Below are positions 7,104 to 16,078 of a DNA stretch of 48,306 nucleotides, piece after piece; the stretch's first letter is position 1; the number at the start of each line of letters is the position of its first letter. The DNA is from a virus: positions 1 to 48,306 of IMG/VR virus record IMGVR_UViG_3300001528_000120. One strand, given 5' to 3'. A program made the position numbers and the translations under genes. The notes beneath the pieces were generated by a model, which saw only the letters and a program-made list of their open reading frames with translations, made no database searches and was not told the DNA's origin.

Positions 7104-7384
7104 CAGATAGCACCTCCAAACATAGGCGGCTGGTTTTCCTTCTCAAGCTCCAAGAGGTACTGTGCGTACCACTCAGCCTTATCCAGATCGGTCTGGTTCT
7201 GCGTGGTGTTGTACCGATACCGGTACTTAAACACGTTGCAGCGGCAGAAGGCTGCCACATCAGACTTTCCAAACAGCAGGCACATCTGGTCGATGCACTC
7301 CATGCCACCCTGCTCGTTGTAGTGAGCGGGGTGGTTGACCTTTTCATCGTAGACCTTCTGTGCGTCTGCTTCCTCGTCAGTCAT
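7103..7384 (-). CDS. DUF3310-like protein
   Basis: Motif VNHPAHYN...GMECID, which I recognise as typical of the DUF3310 family. The ATG at 7384 overlaps the nrdD stop. Confidence 0.55.
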   Translation of the reverse strand: MTDEEADAQKVYDEKVNHPAHYNEQGGMECIDQMCLLFGKSDVAAFCRCNVFKYRYRYNTTQNQTDLDKAEWYAQYLLELEKENQPPMFGGAI

Positions 7385-8981
7385 GATTCCCAGTGTTCTC
7401 AGTTCCATAGTGATGTACTCCTTCCAAGTGATTCTTGCCCAATACTCTCATGTGATTACCAGTGTGGGCTACACGGTCATCCAGTTCAGCACGCTTACCA
7501 TCGTTCCATTTGTTGGTAGCACCAACCAAGTAGCCCGTGATGCGCTGGATAAAGTCGATGTTGTGACCACCACACACAGGGCATTCGTTGATGTCAGCGT
7601 CAGCCGTTTCCCAACCGCAATCCAAGCAACGACCGCGAGTGTGGTTGATAGAGCCGTAACCAGCGTTTTTGGCGTGCATACCCACTACAAACTGCTCGAC
7701 TGCCAGCGGGTTCTTGGCAGCATCGCCGTCAAACTCAGCGTAGACGATGTGACCACCCTTGGTCAGTTCGTGGTACGGTGCTTCCACACACAGCTTCTTG
7801 TACATGGTGCACTTATACCAAACAGGTACGTGGTTACTGTTGGTGTAGTAGTCCTTGTCAGTGACGTGCTCCACGATACCAAAATCCTCACGGTCTTTTG
7901 GTACAAATTTACCAGACAGACCTTCTGCCGGAGTGGCAAAGCACGAGTAGTTGAGGTCGTATTTGTCAGAGTAATACTTGGCAAGGCGGTTGATTTCACC
8001 AACGATTTTCAAACCAAGCTGTTGTGCTTCTTCGGATTCGCCGTGGTGATGTCCGGTCAACACGATAAGTGCTTCTGCCAGACCAATAAAACCGATGCCC
8101 AGCGTGCCGTGCTTGAGCACTTTTTCCAACGTGTCATCGTCTTTCAGCTTTTCACAACCCTTCCACATCTTGCTCATGAGCAGCGGGAACTGGTACTTGT
8201 GTGCAGAGCACTGACTCAGATAGCGGTCACGCAGCTGGTTAGCCACCAACTCACCATAGATGTCCAAGTAGGTGAAGAAAAGTTCCAACTCCCCATCAGG
8301 AGTGCTGGAATCTCGCTTTGTCATGAACGCCAGCCTTACCAAATTGATAGTGGTGAAAGAAAGATTACCTCTACCAACGCTGGTTTTCATACCAAACCTG
8401 TCCTCAAACACGCGAGTACGGCATCCCATGGTTGCAGGCTCGTACATGTATCGCTCAGGGTCATCCGCTCTCCACGCTTCGTGCTGGTTGTAGGTGGCAT
8501 CCAAGTTCTCAAAGTTTGGAAAGAAACGTCTGGTTGTGACACGGCAAGCCAGCTTGAACAGGTCGTAGTTCGGGTCACCCTCAAACAGATTCACACCCTT
8601 CTTGAACTTGAAAATCTGAATCGGGAAAATAGCCGTTTCACCATCACCAACACCCTGTTCGGTGGAGAGTAACAGTTCCTTCATGACGCAGCGACCCTCA
8701 GCCGATGTATCCGTACCATAGTTGATGGACGAGAAAACGGTCTGATTGCCCGCTCTGGAATGCATATCATTCATGTTGTGGATGAATCCTTCCATTGCTT
8801 GATGTACTCTACGCACTGTAGCCGCCATACACTCTTTCTGCAAAGGCTCTACGCTTTGTGCGTAGTAGTCATCCACATGTCCGAGGGGTGTAACACCCTT
8901 GAGGGCACATTCTTCCTTGTAAGTAAGGTAAACGTAGGGTGCAAGGTAGAAGTCAAAGGCTGGGATAGCCTGCCCACCCAT
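7377..8981 (-). CDS. nrdD: Anaerobic ribonucleoside-triphosphate reductase, 3' exon
   Basis: GGQAIPAFDFYLAPYV, NMNDMHSRAGNQTVFSSINYG, Zn ribbon CLDCGW...CPVCGG and glycyl-radical motif RITGYL. Confidence 0.85.
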   Translation of the reverse strand: MGGQAIPAFDFYLAPYVYLTYKEECALKGVTPLGHVDDYYAQSVEPLQKECMAATVRRVHQAMEGFIHNMNDMHSRAGNQTVFSSINYGTDTSAEGRCVMKELLLSTEQGVGDGETAIFPIQIFKFKKGVNLFEGDPNYDLFKLACRVTTRRFFPNFENLDATYNQHEAWRADDPERYMYEPATMGCRTRVFEDRFGMKTSVGRGNLSFTTINLVRLAFMTKRDSSTPDGELELFFTYLDIYGELVANQLRDRYLSQCSAHKYQFPLLMSKMWKGCEKLKDDDTLEKVLKHGTLGIGFIGLAEALIVLTGHHHGESEEAQQLGLKIVGEINRLAKYYSDKYDLNYSCFATPAEGLSGKFVPKDREDFGIVEHVTDKDYYTNSNHVPVWYKCTMYKKLCVEAPYHELTKGGHIVYAEFDGDAAKNPLAVEQFVVGMHAKNAGYGSINHTRGRCLDCGWETADADINECPVCGGHNIDFIQRITGYLVGATNKWNDGKRAELDDRVAHTGNHMRVLGKNHLEGVHHYGTENTGNHD

Positions 8982-9817
8982 CCCTTTCGGGACGGACTAT
9001 ATCATACCCTTCACCTTCAAGTGGTAAGGGTCAGCGCACTTCGGATAGTGTCAATCTCTATCCTACTCTACTAAGTGCTACACTCCCTTGTGCGGAGTTC
9101 GCCTTTTCGATAGTCTCTTGACCTTCGTTTTCAAGTATCTCTGTTATTTGATGAACGACAGAACCTTTCTTTTTGTAGAACAAATCATACAGTGTTGGTC
9201 GTGGTACATGTAGTTGCTTCGACAACTCTTTCATAGTACCAGTGACAGTTAAACCGTTTATAAATCGCACTGTGAAAAACCTCTCTTTTCGCACAACCAA
9301 ACCGCTTTTCCAAGCGTGCTTGGAGTTGTCACGCTGAGTGCAAAATTCCAAGTTTTCTTTTCTGTTGTCGGTTTTGCAACCGTTTATATGATTTATTACT
9401 TCGTAAGGTTCGTTTCTTATGAACGCAAGAGCGATTATCTTGTGCACGGTTACTTTAACCTGTCGATTTGTCACCTTCTCGTTCAAAGAAACGTATCTGT
9501 ATCCGTTTTTCAATGTGGACTGCGACTTCACTTTACCAGTGGTCGTGTTTATTATTTGTCCATCATCAGTAACGGAATAACAGTCTGAAATATTCCCTAA
9601 TGAAAATAACGAGTTTACTTTAATCATTTGGTCTCCTTTCTCTAGGAGACACTTGAAAACGCTTGGCACAGGATTGATATGGACGAATCTTTCCCTGTTA
9701 GCCGATAGACTATTGACCATTTCCTGTCATTACTATCCGTTCTATCGACACCCTGCTGACAAACAGGTTCACGCTGTTTTCGACAATCATTTCTGATTGA
9801 AGGTACAGTTATCTATA
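8982..9817 (-). mobile_element. Group I intron interrupting nrdD (boundaries accurate to about 10 nt)
   Basis: The nrdD reading frame breaks after ...LQTVQNEM and resumes at GGQA. Core-like elements UCAGCAGG (9762-9769) and GAUAUAGUCCG (8993-9003). Carries a free-standing endonuclease ORF with its own ribosome-binding site. Confidence 0.75.
9058..9627 (-). CDS. Intron-encoded HNH homing endonuclease (NUMOD4-like N-terminus, HNH_3 core, C-terminal HTH)
   Basis: AAAGGAG ribosome-binding site before the ATG at 9627. Motifs YSVTDDGQII...GYRYVSL and INHINGCKTDNRKENLEFCTQRDNSKHAW. Confidence 0.8.
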   Translation of the reverse strand: MIKVNSLFSLGNISDCYSVTDDGQIINTTTGKVKSQSTLKNGYRYVSLNEKVTNRQVKVTVHKIIALAFIRNEPYEVINHINGCKTDNRKENLEFCTQRDNSKHAWKSGLVVRKERFFTVRFINGLTVTGTMKELSKQLHVPRPTLYDLFYKKKGSVVHQITEILENEGQETIEKANSAQGSVALSRVG

Positions 9818-10429
9818 CATTTCGTTCTGGACTGTTTGCAATGAGATGGCAGCCATAGTAGCAGCGGACTCGATGCGCTTTGCGCCACGATTGGCAGCAT
9901 GGTTGGCACGGAAACCAGTCAGCACCTTGTCGATAGGATGCTGTAAGCAGTTCACGGCACGCATGGCGTAGTAGTCCAAGTCATGTACGTGGATGATGTT
10001 GTCCTTCATAGCCTGCAACACTTCGTCTGACAGCAGGTTTTCTTTGGCGTACTGCTGTGAAGCAATGCTACCAAACTTGTACATCATGCCCGCAGGAGTG
10101 TAAGCATTCATATTGGCATTGTCTCTGGACAGGTTACTTCCCTTTACGTCCACAATCTGAGAGATCAGGATGTTGGCATCACGACCACGCATCTTGTTTC
10201 GATGGTCACGATACTTGATATACCTTTTTGCGACATCCGGTTCGTACTCCATAAGAGCACGTTCCACGTTGTCCTGAATCTCCTCTACCTCGATGTCTCC
10301 ACTGACTCTGAGAGAGATTTCATCAGCTACCTTCTTGGCTGTGTGCTCAGTCGCACCTGCTTTCTGGCACGCTACCACAATCTTGGTGGGGTCAAATTCG
10401 ACCCTTGCACCATCGCGCTTAATTACCAT
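9809..10429 (-). CDS. nrdD: Anaerobic ribonucleoside-triphosphate reductase, 5' exon (ATP-cone plus N-terminal part)
   Basis: AAGGAGG before the ATG at 10429. MVIKRDGARVEFDPTKI is an ATP-cone. The frame runs into intron stop codons after QNEM. Confidence 0.85.
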   Translation of the reverse strand: MVIKRDGARVEFDPTKIVVACQKAGATEHTAKKVADEISLRVSGDIEVEEIQDNVERALMEYEPDVAKRYIKYRDHRNKMRGRDANILISQIVDVKGSNLSRDNANMNAYTPAGMMYKFGSIASQQYAKENLLSDEVLQAMKDNIIHVHDLDYYAMRAVNCLQHPIDKVLTGFRANHAANRGAKRIESAATMAAISLQTVQNEMYR

Positions 10430-10637
10430 GTGTACCCTCCTTACCAAACATATCATCCAGCAGCTTAATTGCCCGCTGTTCGTCCATCGGGACTCCCAAA
10501 TACTCCACAACTGGTGTTGGGAAACCCATATAATGACCCGTTACGTTGAACTCTACTGAGTAGCAGAGACCAAGCTCCTCTAATCGGTCAACCACACCAC
10601 AGGTCTGTCCTACGTCTTTGTGAATCAAGAACTGCAC
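10419..10637 (-). CDS. Hypothetical protein
   Basis: 72-aa ORF whose stop overlaps the nrdD start. No motif recognised and no CxxxCxxC, so it is not NrdG. Confidence 0.5.
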   Translation of the reverse strand: MQFLIHKDVGQTCGVVDRLEELGLCYSVEFNVTGHYMGFPTPVVEYLGVPMDEQRAIKLLDDMFGKEGTHGN

Positions 10638-10640
10638 TAT

Positions 10641-10976
10641 TTACTCCTTACCCGTCCATGTTGGATAACTGTCTCCAAACTTCTTTGCCATAGCAGCTAC
10701 CTGAATGGCTTCCATAGCCAAGAAAGATGCTCTGCGATAAATCTCTCTAGCAGCGATGACCGCTGTTCCGTTGGAATTGTTCTTCACGCTCTTCCAAAGA
10801 TCGTTGGTGATGCGTTCGCACCCTGCCATGTCGTGCATGGCTTCCTCAACTTCTTCTTTGAGAATCGCGTAGCCCTCGTGGGCAGTGTGAAAGAACTCGC
10901 CATACTCATTTGCTGCTCGTTCCTGCTCGTTCTTCACGAGGTCTGAAACACCGTTTACAATTTCTCTTCCGATCAT
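10641..10976 (-). CDS. Hypothetical all-alpha protein (MazG-like acidic helix motif possible)
   Basis: AAGGAGG before the ATG at 10976. Contains HEGYAILKEEVEEA. Confidence 0.5.
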   Translation of the reverse strand: MIGREIVNGVSDLVKNEQERAANEYGEFFHTAHEGYAILKEEVEEAMHDMAGCERITNDLWKSVKNNSNGTAVIAAREIYRRASFLAMEAIQVAAMAKKFGDSYPTWTGKE

Positions 10977-11496
10977 CGGCTTCCTCCTTGCTTAAATAGC
11001 CCTTTTGCAGCAGTTTCTTCTGCAACTTTCGTTTAATTTCTGATACTCGTTGGTGGGTTATACCAAGTACATCCGCGATTTCTCGCTGACCGTATCCCTG
11101 TGCCAACATTTCAGTTACAACCTTTTCTCTATCACTCATCCAGTCTGGTAATTCAACCGACCACGGATGGTATTCCGGTGCTGCTACAGCCGCGTAGCGG
11201 TCTAGCACTTTGTCATGCATACCGCTAGTCCGTAAGTCAAGCGTGTTATCGAGTGACAGCGGCACGACACCGTCTGGATTATGACGTTTGTTGGTTCTCC
11301 ATGACCTGTAAACCGCCCATCGCATCAGATTTACCAAGTGAGTTTGGTTGTCTTTGACAGTACCTTCGTACTTGTCCTTGGCTTCTGCCAGTGCCAGACA
11401 CATGGTCTGGAACAAGTCCTCATCACCAACATAGTTTGGAAAAAACTTATGCATCGTCCAGCGTACCAGCTTGAGATCATCATCTTTAATTTCCAA
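10906..11496 (-). CDS. Phage-encoded sigma-70-family (ECF-like) sigma factor
   Basis: TTG start 7 nt after AGGAGG. Region-2-like N-terminus and region-4 HTH (MLAQGYGQREIADVLGITHQRVSEIKRKLQKKL). Confidence 0.65.
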   Translation of the reverse strand: MEIKDDDLKLVRWTMHKFFPNYVGDEDLFQTMCLALAEAKDKYEGTVKDNQTHLVNLMRWAVYRSWRTNKRHNPDGVVPLSLDNTLDLRTSGMHDKVLDRYAAVAAPEYHPWSVELPDWMSDREKVVTEMLAQGYGQREIADVLGITHQRVSEIKRKLQKKLLQKGYLSKEEADDRKRNCKRCFRPREERAGTSSK

Positions 11497-11520
11497 GGTA
11501 TTCCTCCTTTCAACATGACC

Positions 11521-11566
11521 AGTATACTACCCTATGGGGTATTTTTCCATTCGCAAAATAACCAAA
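11521..11566 (-). promoter_or_regulatory. Conserved 46-nt promoter module, copy P3 (upstream of the sigma gene)
   Basis: Minus strand: TTTGGTTATTTTGCGAAT-GGAAAA-N16-TATACT. The spacer contains the palindrome TACCCcataGGGTA. Confidence 0.55.
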
Positions 11567-11568
11567 CT

Positions 11569-13473
11569 TTACATTGCCGATTTGGTCATTTTGACGTAAT
11601 AACGCTTGCGAGATTTACCCTCTCGCCGCTGCTGAATCTCCAAACCAAAACGTTTACGGATTTGTTTGGAAAACTCAATGTTGGTCACAGGCTGCAAGTT
11701 GTTGGTATAGCAGAACCCCGTGTACTTTTTGTAAACCACGTCAGTCGGGTTATACAGGTATTCTTCTTCCTCCAAATCATCAAAAAACAAGATGATTGGA
11801 TTGTTGGACACCTCAAACTCCTTGATCTCAGACTCCACGATCTCACAGTGTGTAAACGCTTCGTTTGCCAAAATATCTCGCAGGTGGGAAATGCACTTGA
11901 CGATCAATGCTTCAATAACAGGTTCTTCACGCAGCTTGTACTTGATAAACGGGTCAAAATCTGGGTCTTTCTTGGAAAAAGAAGCATTGAACGGGATGAC
12001 AATCATACGATCAACCAGTGCCCCTGTATCCTTACCTCTACCAAGACGTGGTAATGAGTTGGCAGAGAAGTAAAACTTGGCTCTGGAAGTCATTGTGATA
12101 GGCTTCTGGTACTTCCTGTTGACAGTCATAGCTTCACCAGATACAACCTTCTTGAAGATGGCAGTGTTGGACATAAACTCGTCCGAAATATCGTCACCGA
12201 TATTGGCAAGTTTACCTGTGATTTCAGCCGTTTTGAACTCCGAACCAACGTCTGCCAAGTCCAAGTTGGAAACGTTATCATCACCAAGCATGGTACTCAG
12301 CAAGTCCAAGAAAGTGGATTTACCGTTATGCTTATCACCAAGCAGGAAGAACGACTTTCGCAGCTCGTTTCGTCTTAACAGGCTATACGACAACGCTTCG
12401 TACAACAACGCTTCCACGCTTGGATTCTGGCAAGCCAGCTTCTTGATGGTCTTGTCCAGCAATGCTGACTGGGCGTTCGGTCGATAATTGTGCGGAATCT
12501 TGTTGGTGATTACCTTGTCAGGTGTGAAGTCGCTGAACTCGTTGGTGATGATGTTCAGAACACCGTTCTTAAACGCCACGTACTGTACATCAGACTCTTT
12601 GTAGCTGTTCAGACCAATCAGAGGGAAATACGCCAACACTTCTGCACGCTGGTTTTTCTTGAGGTTCGGGATTTCCTCTACCATTGCAGACTCCAACGCT
12701 TCTTCACCAGACACATAGATACCGTTGCGGTAAATGTGCATGTCTCCATCAATGCGAATGATATGCTTGTTGGCAACCATATATCTGGCAAACGAATCGA
12801 ACAGGAAACCGCCCTTCTCCGTGAAGAACTGCTGTTTGCTGAACGCTTCGTCCCGTGTGATAGTGGCTAGCTCAGACTCACTCAGCTTGTCTTTCAGAAT
12901 ATACTGGTTGATGAGAGAAAGCGTTTGCTTAACCTCTGTGATACTCAGACCAGCCTTTTGCAAGGGGAGTATGTAACTGAACAAGGTTTGGTTGCGCCCA
13001 TCCCCGTCACCAAGACCAACCAAATCAATTTTGGTGGTGACGGGCTTGAGATAAGCAGGGATGGTTTCGTATACCTCAGTGTCATACAACACCTCTCGCA
13101 GCTGACCATCTCGTTTAAGTACCTCATAGCTACAATTACAGCCTGCTTTAATGTCGGCAGTAAGACCGATAGCCAGCTTTTTGTGATTGCCGTTTCTGGC
13201 AATCTGACCGTTATTCCAAAACAAGAAATGCTTACCCCTTGCCGTGCCGATAACCTTACACTTGACCGCAAGTGACTTGACGATACGGAGCAGCGTATCA
13301 GACTGCTCCATGTCATCAATGTCAACCATCACGGCATTATCGTCCAGAACGCCACCATACGAAGGTACTTTCTCTACTGCTTCCAGTGTTAACAGGTCGG
13401 ACGCATCCTTTCCTTTGAAGGGCATCAGTGACCTTTTACCGTTTACTGGGATATATCCTTTGTACAATGACAT
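11569..13473 (-). CDS. Primase-helicase (prim-pol N-terminal domain plus D5/P4-type NTPase)
   Basis: 634 aa. AVMVDIDD acidic motif at the N-terminus and Walker A LLGDKHNGKST in the C-terminal half. Confidence 0.8.
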   Translation of the reverse strand: MSLYKGYIPVNGKRSLMPFKGKDASDLLTLEAVEKVPSYGGVLDDNAVMVDIDDMEQSDTLLRIVKSLAVKCKVIGTARGKHFLFWNNGQIARNGNHKKLAIGLTADIKAGCNCSYEVLKRDGQLREVLYDTEVYETIPAYLKPVTTKIDLVGLGDGDGRNQTLFSYILPLQKAGLSITEVKQTLSLINQYILKDKLSESELATITRDEAFSKQQFFTEKGGFLFDSFARYMVANKHIIRIDGDMHIYRNGIYVSGEEALESAMVEEIPNLKKNQRAEVLAYFPLIGLNSYKESDVQYVAFKNGVLNIITNEFSDFTPDKVITNKIPHNYRPNAQSALLDKTIKKLACQNPSVEALLYEALSYSLLRRNELRKSFFLLGDKHNGKSTFLDLLSTMLGDDNVSNLDLADVGSEFKTAEITGKLANIGDDISDEFMSNTAIFKKVVSGEAMTVNRKYQKPITMTSRAKFYFSANSLPRLGRGKDTGALVDRMIVIPFNASFSKKDPDFDPFIKYKLREEPVIEALIVKCISHLRDILANEAFTHCEIVESEIKEFEVSNNPIILFFDDLEEEEYLYNPTDVVYKKYTGFCYTNNLQPVTNIEFSKQIRKRFGLEIQQRREGKSRKRYYVKMTKSAM

Positions 13474-13486
13474 TTCTTTTCTCTCC

Positions 13487-14125
13487 TCACTCTGTAATCA
13501 ATTCATGGTATGGAAGGGTTTCCACCCAAGCGCAAAAGTCGCGCCACTCATCCAGCTTGTGATTCCGGCGGGCGTGGTACATGTTCCTCAGGACAGCATA
13601 GTTAAGCTGCACAGTCCGCTTCTGATTGTAGCTGGACGGGAGCAGCTGGACGAGCTGCCACCAAAGCTCTTTCTTTGAGGGCTTTGCATTATCCGTTCGT
13701 TCGTCGTAGTCAATGTAACACTTACGATAGAAGTTCAACTCTTTAATGACACACTCAAGAATGCCCGGCGCGAATAGATGTTCATGACTGAAATCGTCCA
13801 ACGTAAATTCCTTGTCAGCAATCTTGTGCATGGTAGAACAACTATTCGCCACTGTGCCGATCTTGTAAGTGTCGAACTCTTTCCACCAGTACAGCGGCGC
13901 AGTGACGTCTGCCGTCAAGTTAATCATGCGCAAGAACTTTGCATGGTCAGAACCAGCCTTGACCAGCCGTTTCATGAGGGCAAGGTCGTTTTCACCAATG
14001 CTAACGCCGTGGGCGTAATAGGGACTAAAAACGCTGTCGATCTTCTTCCAACTATTCATCGGGTTTCTCATTCCGCGAATAGCCGCTTCCCATCCGTATA
14101 CGGCGGTGTTCTCAATTGCAATCAT
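13487..14125 (-). CDS. ThyX-fold (Thy1-like) protein lacking the canonical RHRxxS...SxRY motif
   Basis: GGGAGG before the ATG at 14125. GSDHAKFLRMINLTADVTAPLYWWKEFDTYKIGTVANSCSTMH aligns by eye to the ThyX core. Confidence 0.5.
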   Translation of the reverse strand: MIAIENTAVYGWEAAIRGMRNPMNSWKKIDSVFSPYYAHGVSIGENDLALMKRLVKAGSDHAKFLRMINLTADVTAPLYWWKEFDTYKIGTVANSCSTMHKIADKEFTLDDFSHEHLFAPGILECVIKELNFYRKCYIDYDERTDNAKPSKKELWWQLVQLLPSSYNQKRTVQLNYAVLRNMYHARRNHKLDEWRDFCAWVETLPYHELITE

Positions 14126-14303
14126 GTGTATCCTCCCACGTAACGTGTGCTTCACTCTCTGCTTCAGCCAAACCCTTGAATAAGTTGGCTTTCATATTGT
14201 AAATAGCACCTTCGTGCTCACACGCTTCATCCTCTGCGATTGTTTCCCGCGTTGCTTCGTTGATGATGTCAGTGATCTCTGCCAAATCATACGTTTTAAT
14301 CAT
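14112..14303 (-). CDS. Hypothetical acidic small protein
   Basis: 63-aa ORF. Its start overlaps the polymerase stop. Confidence 0.5.
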   Translation of the reverse strand: MIKTYDLAEITDIINEATRETIAEDEACEHEGAIYNMKANLFKGLAEAESEAHVTWEDTHDCN

Positions 14304-16006
14304 TACTTTCCTCCCTCAAAATCCTTGATTCGCTTCCATGCCAAATCAATGTAATACTGACGGTCAAGACGATCTGGTACACCCACGTCATCCAAACAAC
14401 CGTTCTCGATAAAGCATTTGTCCGGTGTGTTACCAAACTTGTCTTTCTTCTCACCTTTGTCGGTCAGCTTGCATTTCAGCAAACGACCATCGTTCGGATG
14501 ATTGGAAGCGAAAACTCGATATGCTTTTTGGTCATACCGCTTGTTCTGTGGGGATTCCTCATGTTCCACCCACTCATACTTTGGTGAGAGTTTGACAATC
14601 TTCTGAAACTCAATCAGCTTGTCAACATCCCAAACCGTTCGTTCGGGCAGTACACCTTCGATAAAGTACGCTTTGATTGCTTTGTTGACAATCGGCAAAT
14701 CGTAATCCAGCTTATTCAGCTTTTTTACATATGCACCTTTGCACTCCAACGAGCCGTCTTCAAATACAGCGATGTAGTTGTTCACATCCTTCTGGATAAT
14801 CTTGGTCATACGGTCATAACCAAGACCCATACCAGTGCGATCTTCCCATTCTTTACAGATAGCCTTTACCTCGTCCTCGTTGCCATGCAACTTGACGATC
14901 AGACCATCCGTGTTGGACTGGATGATTTGACAGTGATTCTCCAACCGCTCAATCAGGTCTGTGAGAAGCACTTGACCAAACACACAAACGTTGTTGGCAG
15001 ACCGTGGGTCAAACAACGGATTGAACCTGTCCTTCATAGCACCGTATGTACTGTTCAAAACGATCTTCAATGCGTTGGCACGCGGGTCTTTCTTCTTTTT
15101 GAACTTGATACGGTCATCCTTGATTTCACGATACTTCTCAACGGAAGCACCGCTGCGGCTCATGCAATACTCTGGGTATCGGAGCATCAGAGATGGATAG
15201 TACGAGTTTACGTCCACGTGCAGGAACTCTCCCTCAGCGATATAGTTTGGTATAGCACCATGGATACCGCCTGTTCCATACACGTGCGGTACACCAGCAA
15301 TGGTTGTTTCCAGCTTGGTGTCGTAGTTCCAACCGTTTCGGAAGTAATCAAGTACCTGTGTGTACTTGTCGATGTGCATCGTTGGTGGAAATGAAATAGC
15401 GAACTCGTCTGAGTGATGGCTCTTTCTCGCACCAAGAATGATAGCTGCCAACTGCGCTTTAGACTTACTCATGTAGGTCATCGGCAGGTCAAACATCTTC
15501 ATAAGACCAACATAGCTATCAAACTCGCTCTTACGCTCCATGAAAACTTTGATAGTGGCAAGTACGTCATGTTCATTGTACTTGAGCACTTCATCGATCA
15601 TGTCCTGCGTAAACTCACCATCATAGTCAAAGGGAATCGTGGTCTCACGGATGTCCATGCCACTGAACGCTTCTAGTGTCTTAAGACCGTTAAAACCGAT
15701 CATGCAGTCGAAGCTGTTCACTTTGGCGTTGCGCAGGTCTGTACTAAGCTCCCAACCCTTCCGTTTTTTGTGGATGATCCACTCGTTCATGACCCAAGGG
15801 TCAATTCCGACCAAGATAGCCTTGAGGATGTAATCATCGTAGCTTCTTGAATTGAAGCCGATATACAGTTCTTTGCAGTGATGGTAATGGAACTCTCTCA
15901 ACCGCCAAGGGTTGTTTACAATGACTTCCTTTGTTTTGGTAATCGGATTGATAATAGTAACTGTCCAAAGGTTTTTGAAAACCTCAAAGTCATAGAAATT
16001 GAGCAA
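14303..16006 (-). CDS. Family B DNA polymerase with 3'-5' exonuclease domain (compact, 567 aa)
   Basis: TTG start after AGGAGAG. Exo motifs YDFEV, NSRSYDDYIL and YNEHDV. Pol motifs VDVNSYYPSL, KIVLNSTYG and SNTDGLIV. Confidence 0.8.
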   Translation of the reverse strand: MLNFYDFEVFKNLWTVTIINPITKTKEVIVNNPWRLREFHYHHCKELYIGFNSRSYDDYILKAILVGIDPWVMNEWIIHKKRKGWELSTDLRNAKVNSFDCMIGFNGLKTLEAFSGMDIRETTIPFDYDGEFTQDMIDEVLKYNEHDVLATIKVFMERKSEFDSYVGLMKMFDLPMTYMSKSKAQLAAIILGARKSHHSDEFAISFPPTMHIDKYTQVLDYFRNGWNYDTKLETTIAGVPHVYGTGGIHGAIPNYIAEGEFLHVDVNSYYPSLMLRYPEYCMSRSGASVEKYREIKDDRIKFKKKKDPRANALKIVLNSTYGAMKDRFNPLFDPRSANNVCVFGQVLLTDLIERLENHCQIIQSNTDGLIVKLHGNEDEVKAICKEWEDRTGMGLGYDRMTKIIQKDVNNYIAVFEDGSLECKGAYVKKLNKLDYDLPIVNKAIKAYFIEGVLPERTVWDVDKLIEFQKIVKLSPKYEWVEHEESPQNKRYDQKAYRVFASNHPNDGRLLKCKLTDKGEKKDKFGNTPDKCFIENGCLDDVGVPDRLDRQYYIDLAWKRIKDFEGGK

Positions 16007-16042
16007 TCACGTTCTCTCCTTCCTCGTTCACCCAAAAGATTT

Positions 16043-16066
16043 GGTAGGAGCAGTTACGCTCCTACC
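16043..16066 (-). terminator. Stem-loop terminator after the DUF669 gene
   Basis: 9-bp stem GGTAGGAGC/GCTCCTACC with 6-nt loop and flanking T/A runs on both sides. Confidence 0.6.
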
Positions 16067-16078
16067 ATCTTTTCCAAA

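Noticed and set aside
7383-8672. 429-aa plus-strand ORF
   Set aside because: It lies entirely antisense to nrdD, whose motifs are unambiguous. It has no ribosome-binding site and a Val/Leu-rich shadow composition.
8982-9817. Intein or two separate nrdD genes as the explanation for the split reductase
   Set aside because: The insert has in-frame stops, a separate ribosome-binding site and ORF for the endonuclease, and group I core-like elements. An intein would be a continuous in-frame insertion.
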